Below, piece by piece: positions 36,484 through 47,369 of a stretch of 64,000 nucleotides of DNA; the stretch's first letter is position 1; each line of letters begins with the position of its first letter. The notes under the pieces were generated by a model. It was not told the origin of the DNA, made no database searches, and saw only the letters and a list, made by a program, of their open reading frames with translations. Origin of the DNA: the human T2T-CHM13v2.0 reference genome, Homo sapiens; the NCBI RefSeq assembly GCF_009914755.1, contig NC_060932.1; one strand, given 5' to 3'. Made by a program: the position numbers and the translations under genes.

Positions 36484-36884
36484 TATAGGCTCAACACCCT
36501 TACAACCTCTTGTGAAGAAGACTGTAAATCCCCATATTTAATTGAGGGATTGTTATTCCCATTCTGAGCTTCTTTCTTCCATTCCATTTCTTACTATCAA
36601 AGTGCTCAAGATTCATTATATTCAAGGACACACACTATGGTTGCATTCCTGGGCAGCACTTGCTATTCTGGATTCTACTGTTATTCCTTGTTTCCATTAA
36701 ATGTGAACAATGGGATCTGTGTATGACCCACTTCCACAGATGAGTAATATGGTGGCAAAACATGGGCTTTGTAATCAGCTAGGGTCTGGTTGTAATCCTA
36801 GTTTGATCAACCCTGTGTTTTATGTGGATTTACTTTCCTCATCTGTGAAATAATATGGATAATAATTTTTTAGGGTTGTAATTT

Positions 36885-37988
36885 AAGAGCTTTGTTGAGA
36901 CATAATTTATATATCATACATCTCTCATTTAAAGTGTAAAACTAAATTATTTTTCATATATCCACAGAGCCGTGCCACCATCACTACAAACGAACTTTAA
37001 AACATTTAATCCACACTGATAAAAAACACCATTAGTAGTCACTCCCCTTACTTCTCCTGCCAACTTTATGAAAAAACTAATCTCTTTTCTGTCTTTATAG
37101 ATTTGTTTATTCTTGCTATTTTATACAAATGGAAACATACAATATGTGATCATTTGTGACTAGCTTCTTTCACTTAGCATAACATTTTCAAGATTCACCA
37201 GTGTTTTAGTATCACAACTTCATTCTTTTTCATTGCTAAATAATATTCCATTGTATAAATATATCACATTGTATTTACCCGTTTATCAGATGGTGAATAT
37301 TTGATGCTTTTTAACTATGATGATAAATGCTTCTATAAATATGTGTACAAGTTTTTGTGTGGACATGTTTTCATTTCGCTTGGGTTATATATCTAGAAGT
37401 AGAATTGCAGGGTCATATGCTAGCTCTGTGTTTAACTTTTTAAGGAGCTGCCAAACTGTTTCCAAAGCAACAATATATTCCACCAGCAATATATCAGTGT
37501 TCCAATTTCTCTGCTTTCTTACCAATATTTGTTATTTCAGTAGAAATGAAGTGATATCTTATTTAGATTTTCATTTGCATTTACCTAATGACTAAGCATT
37601 TTTCATATTATTATTGTCCATTTATATCCCTCTCTTTGAGAAATGTCTATACAGGTCCTTTGCTAATTAAAAAAATAGGCTATCTTTTTATTATTGAATA
37701 TTAGTTTTTTGTATATTCTGGATACAAGTCTCTTAGCAGATATATGATTTGCAAATATTTTCTCTTATTACATAGGTTGTTCTTTTCACTTTTTAATGGT
37801 AGATTTTACAACACAAAATATGACACTTTAATGGTTCAATTTATAGTTTTTTCTTTGCTTGCTTTTTGGAATTGTAACTTTAAAAAATTGTATAATCTGA
37901 GTTTGCAAAAAGTTATTTGTAGGTTTTCTTTTAATAAATGAATACTTTAAGCTGTTACATTTAGACGTGACATCCATTTAGTTTTTTT
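36885..37988 (-). mobile_element. L1MB7/8-like 3' part (continues at 44302)
   Basis: gctttgttgagacataattt..catttaaagtgta..ccattagtagtcactccc; breaks at ttacatttagacgtgacatccattt. Confidence 0.88.
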
Positions 37989-38050
37989 GTTTAGTTGGTT
38001 GGTTGGATTTTTATTTTTTCTATTTGCTACAGAGCTAGAACCTTTATTAC

Positions 38051-38302
38051 TTTTTAAAAATAATTTCAACTTTTATTTTAGATTCATAGGGTATATGTAC
38101 AGTTTTGTTATATAAGAATATGGGCAATGCCAAGGTTTGGGGTATGATTGATCACATCAGCTGGTTACTGAGCAAGCTACCTAATAGTTAGTTTTACAAC
38201 CCTTGCCCCCTTTTTAGGAGTCCCCATTGTCTATTATTGCCAACTGTATCTCCATGAATATACACTTATAAGTGACAGCAAACATGCAGTATTTCGTTTT
38301 CT
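38051..38302 (-). mobile_element. L1PA15/16-like 3' end
   Basis: tttcaacttttattttagattcatagggta..ggtttggggtatgattgatc..ggagtccccattgtctattattgcc. Confidence 0.85.
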
Positions 38303-38567
38303 ACAATATGAGGCTACAGTAACCAAAACAGCATGATTCTAGTGCAAAAACAGATACATAGACCAATGGAACTGAATAGAGAACCCAGAAATAAAGCCAC
38401 ACGCCTACAGGCAACTGGTCTTTGACAAAGTTGGCAAAAGTAAGCGATGAGGAAAGAACTCCCCATTCAGTAAATGATGCTGGGATACCTGGCTAGCTAT
38501 ATGCAGAAGAATGAAACTGGATCCCTTTCTCTCACCACGTACTAAAATTATATCAAGATGGATTAAA
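38301..38567 (+). mobile_element. Inverted L1 ORF2 segment (L1PA15/16-like)
   Basis: aggctacagtaaccaaaacagcatg..gaacccagaaataaagcc..caagatggattaaa in sense orientation. Confidence 0.9.
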
Positions 38568-41171
38568 TACAGTATAGTTTGAATTTGAGTAATGTGATGC
38601 CTCCAGATTTGTTATTTTTGCTTAGTCTTGCTTTGGCTATGCAGGCTCTTCTTTGGTTCCATATAAATTTTAGGATTGTTTTTTCCAGTTCTGTGAAAAA
38701 TAATGGTGGTATTTTGATGGGAATTGTATTGAAATTGTAGATTGCTTTTAGCAGTAAGGTGATTTTCACAATATTGATTCTACCCATCCATGAGCATGAG
38801 GTGTGTTTCCATATTTTGTGTCGTCTATGATTTCTTTCAGCAGTGTTTTGTAGTTTTCCTTGTGGATGTCTTTCACCTCCTTGGTTAGGTATATTCCTAA
38901 GTATTTTATTTTTTTGCAGCTATTGTGAAAGGGGTTGAATTCCTGATTTGATTCTCAGCTTGGTCACTGTTGTAGTATAGCAGAGCTACTGATTTGTGGA
39001 CATTAATTTCGTATCCTGAAACTTTGCTGAATTCATTTACCAGTTCTAGGAGCTTTTTGGATGAGTCCTTAGTGTTTTCTAGGTATACGATCATATCATC
39101 AGCAAACAGCCACAGTTTGACTCCCTCTTTACCAATTTGGATGCCCTTTATTTCTTTCTCTTGTCTGATTGCTCTCATTAGGACTTCCACTACTATGTTA
39201 AATAGAAGTGGTGAGAGTGGGCATCCTTATCTTGTTCCAGTTCTCAGGTGAATGCTTTCAACTTTTCCCCATTCAGTGTAACATTGGCTGTGGGTTTGTC
39301 CTAGATGACTTGTATTAATTAAGTTATGTCCCTTCTATGCCAATTTTGCTGATGGTTTTAATCATTAAGGGATGTTGGATTATGTCAAATGCTTCTTCTG
39401 TGTCTATTGAGATGATCATGTGATTTTTGTTTTTAATTTTGTCTATGTGGTGTATCACATTTAGTGACTTACATATGTTAAATCATCCCTGCCTCCCTGG
39501 TATAAAACCCACTTAATCATGATGGATTATCTCCTTGATATGCTGTTGGATTTTTTCGCTAGTATTTCGTTGAGGATTTTTGCATCTATGTTCATCAGGG
39601 ATATTGGTCTGTAATTTTTTGTTTTATCCTTCTAGTTTTGGTATTAGGGTGATGCTGGCTTCATATAATGATTTAGGGAGGATTCCCTCTTCCTCTACTT
39701 TTTAGATTAGCATCAATAGGATTGGTGCCAATTCTTTGAATGTCTGATAAAATTCAGCTGTGGATCCATCTGGTTCTGGACCTTTTTTGCTGTTGGCAAT
39801 TTTTTTTTAATTACCAGTTCAAGCTCACTGCTTGATATTGGTCTGTTCAGATATTCTATATCTTTCTGGCTTAATGTAGGAGGGCTGTATATTTCTAGGA
39901 ATTTATCTATCTCCTGTAGGTTTTCTAGTTTGTGCACATAAAGGTGCTCATAGTAGCCTTAAATAACCTTTGTATTTCTGTGGTATCAGTTGTAAATCTC
40001 CCATTTCATTTCTAATTGAGCTTATTTGGATCTTCTCTCTTCTTTTCTTGGTTAGTCTCACTAATTGTCTATTAATTTTACCTTTTCAAAGAACCAGCTT
40101 TTTGTTTCATTTATCTTTTTTTGTTTGTTTGTTTCAATTTTATTTAGTTCTGCTCTCATTGTTATATCTTTTCTTCTGCTGGGTTTGCTTTGCTCTTGTT
40201 TCTTTAGTTCTTTGAGGTATGACCTTATATTGTTTATTTGTGCTCTTTCAGACTTTTGATGTAGGCATTCAATGCTGTAAACTTTCCTCTTACCACCACT
40301 TTTGTTTTATCCCAGAGGTTTTGATAGGTTGTGCCACTGTATTGTTCAGCTCACATTTTTTAATTTCCATCTTGATTTCATTGTTGACCCAGTGATCATT
40401 CAGGAGCAGGTTATTTAATTTTCATGTATATGCATGGTTTTGAGGGTTCCTTTTGTTTGATTTCCAATTTTATTCCACTGTGGTCTACGGGAGTACTTGA
40501 TATAATTTCAGTTTTCTTAAATTTACTGGGACTTGTTTTGTGACCTATCATATCATGTATCTTGGAGAATGTTCCACATGCTAATGAATAAATATATACT
40601 CTGTAGTTGTTGGATAGAATGTTCTGTAAATATCTGTTAAGTCCATTAGCTGTAAGGTATAGTTTAACTCCATTGTTTCTTTGTTAACTTTCTGTCTTGA
40701 TGACCTATCTAGTGCTGTCCGTGGAGTATTAAAGTCCCCCACTATTATTGTGTTGCTGTTTTTCTCATTTCATAGATCTAGTTGTAATTGTTTTATACAT
40801 TTGGAAGCTTCAGTGTTAGGTGCATATATATTTAGAATTATGAGATTTTCCTGATGGTCTAGTCCTTTTATCATTATATAATGTCCCTCTTTGTCTTTTT
40901 TAACTGTTGTTGCTTTAAAGTTTGTTTTGTCAGTTATAAGAATAGCTACTCCTGCTCACTTTTAGTGTCCATTTGCATAGAATATCTTTTTCCACCCCTC
41001 TACCTTAAGTTTATGTGAATCCTCATGTGTTAGATGAGTCTCTTGAAGACAGAAGAAACTTGGTTGGTGAATTCTTATCCATTCTGCCATTCTGTATCAT
41101 TTAAGTGGAGCATTTAGGCCATATAGATTCAATATTAGTATCCAGAAGTGCGGTACTATTCTATTCATCAT
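38568..41171 (-). pseudogene. Disrupted L1 ORF2p (EN-RT)
   Basis: ORFs 39713-39937, 38906-39190 (FADD) and 38563-38787 (GRINIVK..PIKIP..FFTELEK). Confidence 0.9.
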
Positions 41172-41214
41172 GCTATTTGTTGCCTGAATACCTTGTGTTT
41201 TTTTCTTTGTGTTA

Positions 41215-42240
41215 TTGTTATATAGGTCCTGTGAGATTTATGTTTTAAAAAGGTTCTATTTTGGTGTGTTTCAAGAATTTATTTCAAGATTTAGAGCTCC
41301 TTTCAGCAGTTCTTGTGGTGCTGGCTTGGTAGTGGCAAATTCTCTCAGTATTTGTTTGTCTGGAAAAGACTGTATCTTTCCTTCATTTATAAAGCTTAGT
41401 TTCACTGGGTACACAGTTCTTGGTTGATGAATGTTTTGTTTAATGAGGCTAAAAACAGAATACCAGTCCCATCTAGCTTGCAGGGTTTCTGCTGAGAAAT
41501 CTGCTTTTAATCTGTTAGGTTTTCCATTACAGGTTACCTGAGGCTTTTGCCTCATAGATCTTAAGATTCTTTCCTTCATCTTGACTTTAGATAACGTGAT
41601 TATTATGTGCCTACACAATGATCTTTTTGCAATAAATTTCCTAGGTGTTCTTTGAGCTTCTTGTGTTTGGATATCTAGATCTCTAGCAAGATTGGGCAAG
41701 TTTCCCTCTATTATTTCCTCAAATATGTTTTCCAGACTTTAGATGTCTCTTCTTCCTTGGGAACACCAATTATTTTTATGTTTAGACATTTGACATAGTT
41801 TCAAACTTCTTAGAGGCTTTTTTTTTTAATTCTTTGTCCTTTGTCTTTGGTTAATTTGAAAACCTTGTCTCCAATCTCTAAAGTTCTTTCTTCTGCTTGT
41901 TGGATTCTATTGCTGAGACTTTCCAGGGCATTTTGCATTTCTCTAAGTGTGTTTTTGATTTCCAGAAGTTGTGATCTTTTTTATTTGTGCTATCTATTTC
42001 ACTGAAGAATTTTTCTTTCATATCCTGTGTCATGTTTTTTATTTCTTTAAGTTGTACTTCACCTTTCTCTGGAGCCTCCTTCATTAGCTTTATAATTGAC
42101 CTTTGGAATTCTTTTTCTGGCAATTCAGAGATTTTGTCTTGGTTTGGATCCATTGCTGGTGAGCTGGTATGATCTTTTGGGGGTGTAAAAGAACCTTGTT
42201 TTGTCATATAACCAGAATTATTTTTCTGGTTCCTTCTCAT
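41215..42240 (-). pseudogene. Disrupted L1 ORF1p
   Basis: ORFs 41878-42240 and 41271-41699 (PNLARDLDIQTQEAQRTP..KADFSAETLQARWDW..YPVKLSF). Confidence 0.9.
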
Positions 42241-43319
42241 TTGGGTAGACTATGTCAGAGGGAAGATCTGGAATTCAAGCACTGCTCTTCAGATTCTTTT
42301 GTCCCATGGAGTGCTCCCTTGATATGGTGTTCTCCTGAATGGGGCTTCCTGAGAGCTTAACTGTAGTGATTGTTTTTGCTCTTCTGGATCTAGCCACCTA
42401 GCGGAGCTACTGGGCTCTAGGCTGGTGCTAGGGAGATGCCTGCAAATTGTCCTGTGATGTGATGTCTTCAGGTCTTGCAGCCATGGAGACCAGCACCTGC
42501 TCTAGTGGTGGTAGCAGGGGAATGAAGTGGACTCTTTGAAGGTCTTTGGTTGTGTTTGTGTTTAGTGTGCTGGTTTTGTGTTGGTTGGCCTCTAGTCTGG
42601 AGGTGGCACTTTCAAGAGCACATAAACTGCAGTCCTATAGGAAAGATATACACTTGCTTGAGGGACACCTGGCTAGGAATTCAGGTTTCTAAGGTGGTGG
42701 GTAGGGCTATAGAACTCCCAGGAGATATGACCTTTGTGTTTGTTTACCAGGCGGGTAGAGAAAGACCACCGGGTGGGGGCAGGGATAGGCATGTCTGAGC
42801 TCAGCCTCTCCTTGGGCAGGGCTTGCTGCTGCTGCTGCTGTGGAAGATGGGGGGATGGTTCCCAGCCCAATGGACTTATATTCCCAGGGGGATTATGGCA
42901 GCCTCTGCTGAGTCATACAGGTCACCAGGGAAGTGGGGGAAAGCTGGCAGTCACAGGCCTCAACCTGTTCCCACATATACCACAGTCCTAAAGGCCAATC
43001 TCACTTCCACCGCACCCCACTAATGGCACCAAGTCTATTTCCAGGCAGCTGGTGACCAGAATTGAGAACTTGCCCCAGACCATGAGCCTCCCCATTGAGA
43101 AAGCAAGCCGACTCACAGTTTTTCGGCATCTCAAGGAGCCTGCAGCAGTGATCCAGGTCCTTCAAAGGGTCTTTGGATTCTCTCAGCTTTCCTGGTATGT
43201 TCCTGAGGTAGTTCTTGGAGCAAAAGTTCATGATGTGAGTCTCCACACAATGCTATGTCATCCCGAATGGGAGCTGCAAGCTAGTCCTGCTTCCTAACTG
43301 CCATCTTAATCCAATCTCT

Positions 43320-44230
43320 TCTCTCTATATTTTTTTCTTTCCTTTTCCCTTTCTCTGTCCCTTAGGGAATGCGGCTGTTGGGTAGGGGGTTTTGGCTGTG
43401 CTTCTATAGCCCTGTGCACTTCTGTTGGCAGTTTTTATATTGGGGTGTGCAGTTCAAACTATGAGCCAGTAGATGGCGCTTATGGTAAGAGCCAACTGTA
43501 GACAATGCGAATGGTTGTATACTTGATCTTTGCTCCCTGGGAGAAGGTCTCTGTTGCCATAGGCAATGGTCTGATGTCTGGAGTACACAGTGGTCTGAGC
43601 CCTCTGCTTAGCCTCAGGGGGTTGGGGGGGGGGGGCAAGATGGGTGAGACTGGACCAGTCAGGCCTATCTACAGGTCCCTCCATGGCAAGCACAAGCACC
43701 AGCATTGAGGGAGAATCTGGTGGGCAGCCAACAAGCCCCCAGAGGTGTACCTAGGCACAGAGCTGAAAAACCTCCTTGGCTCCAAGTTCTACGCGTGGGG
43801 AGAGAGAGTGGCCTAAACTCCTAATCCAGGACAGTGGGTGTTCCAGATGGCCTAGAGATTTGCCTGTGTGCAGAGTATAGAGGGCCCTGCTGTCTCTGCA
43901 CAGGAGAGGTGGGCCAGCTCAGGCTGATGATTTAGGCAAGCAGGATCTCTGATTACCTGGAGATTTACCTGGGTCTGAAGCAGAGAGGGCTCCACTTTAC
44001 CACAGTCTTTGCACAGAAAGGGTGAAATGGCTCAGGCTGCTGACCTGGGCAAGTGGTGCTCTAAATGCCTGGAAATCTGCCTGGTAATGGAGCAGAGAGG
44101 GCCTCACTTTACGATAATGTCTGTAGAGGAACAGTGGGGTGGCTCAGTCTGCTGGTCCAGACAAAGAACTCTGAATGGCATGAAATGGGATACTACTTTG
44201 GAGGCTGATAGCCAGTAAACTTGCCACCTG
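43320..44230 (-). mobile_element. Second L1 5'UTR (L1PA15-16/L1P4-like) with ~110-bp tandem repeats
   Basis: GC-richer UTR-like sequence; repeat unit cct(a/g)ga(g/a)at(t/c)t(g/a)cctg at 43851, 43956 and 44068. Confidence 0.65.
43448..43480 (+). promoter_or_regulatory. Candidate CTCF site (core plus upstream module)
   Basis: GCCAGTAGATGGCGCT at 43465-43480 with retained CpG; TGCAGTTC at 43448, 18 bp before the core CCAG. Confidence 0.65.
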
Positions 44231-44301
44231 ATGTTCATATGCAAAAGGCCTCTATTTCACTGACCTTTAAGATCTCCTCACACTCTTTAATCTTCTTTCT
44301 G

Positions 44302-45720
44302 CTATCCATTATGAGTTGATTTTTATGTATGGTGTGAGGAAATGATCCAACTTCATTATTTTGCATATTAATATTCAGGTGTCCCTGTCTTATTGTCCTG
44401 GTACAAATTAAATGACCATAAATGTATAAATTTATTCCTGGAAACTCCATGGTCTTCCGTTGATTTATGTGTCTTTGCTTACGTCAGAACCACACAGTCT
44501 TGATCTTGTAATCAAGTTTTGTAGTAAGTTTTTAAATCAGAAAGTATAAATTCTATTTTCTTTTTCAAGATTGTTTTGGCTATTCTGGGTCCCTGGCATT
44601 GCCATTTGGATTTTAGAACCAGTATGTCCCTTTCTGGGGAAAAAAAACAAAAAACAAAAAAACAAAAAACAAACAAACAAAAAAAACACCTAGCTATATT
44701 TTGAAGGAGGTTATATTGAATCTGTAGATCAACTTGGGGAGTATTGCCATCTTAAGCATATTTTGCTCTCTGACGCGTAACAGTAGCGATATCTATCCTT
44801 TTACTTAATTCTTTAATTACTTTAACAATGATTTTTAGTTTATAATGTACAAGTCTTGCACTATGTTGTCCCCAAGTATTTTATTCATTTTGATGTTATC
44901 ATAAAATAAATTGTTTTTGAATTTCATATTCAGAATGTTCATTGCCAGTGTATAGAAATATAATCAATCTTTGTATGGTGTTCTTATGTACTGAAACCAT
45001 AGAAAACTTATTTATTGGCTTTAACAGATTTTATTTGATTTTTAATGATTTTTTACATACAAGATTATACCATCTGCAAATATAGTTTTAATTCTTCATT
45101 TTTAAATTGCATGCCATTTATTTCATTTTTCTCTGACCTAATTCTCCTGACTAAAATCTCCAGTAAAATGTTGAATAGAAGTAATAAGAAAGGACATCTT
45201 GACTTTTCCTGATCTTAGGGGAAAAGCATACACAAAATTTAATTCAGTCTTTCACCATTACGTATTATGTTAGCTAAGGAGTTTTCACAGATGCATTTTA
45301 TTAAGTTGAGGAAGTTGCCTTCTTTTCCTAGCTTCTTGAGTGTTTTTATTACAAAGTGTGTTGTATCATGTCCATTTTTCTCTGTATGTATTATGATGGT
45401 CATGCATTGTTTATTCTTTATTTTATTGATACTATGCATTACATAATTTAGTTCAGATATTAAGCCATCCTTACATTCCTGGGATAATTCTACTTTGTCA
45501 TGGTATTCAGTCATTTTTATATGATACTGGATTCAGTTTGCTGGTATTTTATTGAGGATTTTTTGTATGTATTCATAAAATATATTGTGTTATAGCTAAG
45601 ATTTATTTTTTCTAGTTTTGTCACCTGGGTAATAACTGACCTCAGAGAATAGGAAGTAGTCCTTCCTCTTCTAATTTTTGAACTGATTCCTTTTCTATTT
45701 TTCAGAGGAACTTGAAAAGA
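44302..45720 (-). mobile_element. L1MB ORF2 (continuation of 36885-37988)
   Basis: Resumes atccattatgagttgatttttatgtatggtgtgagg; ORF 45239-45514 IKTLKKLGKEGNFLNLIK. Confidence 0.85.
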
Positions 45721-45799
45721 GTGGCTACTAATACATCTTAAATACGTTTTTTAGATAAGTAAAACTTACCATTGAAACTATCAACTTTAAAACTTTGTT

Positions 45800-47180
45800 A
45801 AGTCTGACATCTGGGCCCCTTCACAGGCAGTTTCTTTTGCTCAATCTTTTTTTTTTTTTTTTTTTCTGTGCATAGATCACACATTCCTCTTTCTCTGAAT
45901 GTGTCATAATTTTTTTGCTGAAAAATAGACATATTTTAGATAATACACTATAACATGTATGGAAACTGACTCCCTAACCAGAGCTTCATTTTTGTTATTT
46001 GCTTGTTTACTTAATTTTATTTTAGTGACTTGAAGGGACTGGTTTAGTAAAGTGTTCTCCCACAGTGTACAGCTCTGATGTCACTTCTAAAAGGGTGCAG
46101 CCTGGGGTATATGCAGTCTCCTTGATCACCTGGCTGATCTACGTGTATTGGCTTCACACTCAAATATTAGACTTTACTGTTACTTCATTGCTCTGTTGTT
46201 TATGGCAATGTCCTGGGGCATCAATTGCTCAAGAATTCTATCCTTTGTAGGGCATGAGACTGCCAGTTTTGGGGGATGGTTTAACTCTAATAGGATTCTT
46301 CTTAACTATTTTTCTGATTCTCTCTGTTAAAATTTTAGCTGGTAACATTTTCATTTTCACTTTGAGGATCATGAAAGTACCAGCCTTCTCTTGATTGATC
46401 ATGCCAGGATCTCCATTGTGCCTTTAGGCATACACTTCCCCAGACTCTTTTACAGGTGAAGTCAGTCCATTTAGGGAGATCTCTGGAGATTCTGTCTTTA
46501 AGATCTGACTGTTCATCTGGGTCAAAACCTTGTATTATTTATTACTGTACCAGAGCTGAGGGCAGGAACAGCGACTCACTTTTCTTATAATGACATCCCT
46601 GCTGTATGAACAAGGCTCTGGGCAGGGACAGTAACCCCTGGTGTTCTCAGTTTGCCTCTCCCACAATGGAACTTCTTCCTTTATACACAAACTAGGGAAG
46701 TGACCCTCAGGGTCCAGTATTTTCAGACTGCTATACCTGGATCAGATCTTTTATCCCATAAGTAGGAGCTGATTAAGGGAAGGTAAACTCAGCCTCTGGA
46801 CCGTGCTTACCCAGAATAGAGCTTATGCAACATGGAGCTACAAGAATAAGAGATAACAGTGCCACTGACTCTTGGAGTGAAACCACAGCCTTAGACTGGT
46901 AACTAGGTGGAGAGAGAGACTGAGTGCAAATGTGCAGAGGAGAGCTTCTGACACACTAAGCTGGGGGAAGGTATATTAGTGTGTCATGAACCAAATGTCA
47001 CAGTTTCACTGCTCTTGCCAAGATTTAGTAAATTTTTTTGAATAGATGTTTCTCCATTTGCTGTATGCCCTTAAGAAAATATCCAGACACTTTAAATGGC
47101 TGGTTTCTTTAAAAACAATCACTTTGAGCAGTTAAATGGTTATTTAATAGGGGCAGGGTTCTGGAGATTCCTCACACAGG
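45800..47180 (-). mobile_element. Old L1M 5' region
   Basis: aagtctgacatctgggcc..acattttagataata, typical of antisense L1M 5' ends. Confidence 0.5.
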
Positions 47181-47369
47181 CATCCCATCATGGTTATTTT
47201 GAGAATTAACCTAGATAATCTATTTAAATTGTCTAACATCGTACCTAGCCTATAATAAGGACTCAATAAATAATAATTTCAATTATTTTTGTCACAGTTT
47301 TCTGCAATGACAAACCTTATGGTGATCAATTACACAACCTTGGCAAGAATTTAATATACATAGTGTTAT

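Larger units (their letters stand above)
38568..43312 (-). mobile_element. L1PB (L1PBa-type 5'UTR) with complete 5' end, ORF1 and most of ORF2; 3' end missing
   Basis: 5' terminus gccatcttaatcc (YY1-type motif, 43300-43312); ORF1 MRRNQKNNSG.. from 42240; ORF2 from about 41171 with RT motif [12 protein letters not shown]. Confidence 0.92.

Noticed and set aside
36196-36567. 123-aa ORF
   Set aside because: Almost entirely the antisense reading of a THE1D-like LTR.
43780-44190. Regularly spaced repeats as a CRISPR-like array
   Set aside because: Whole units are similar with no unique spacers; eukaryotic L1 UTR context and no cas genes.
44640-44690. A/AAAC-rich tract inside L1MB as a separate insertion
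   Set aside because: No element body or TSD; best explained as expansion of a local A-run.
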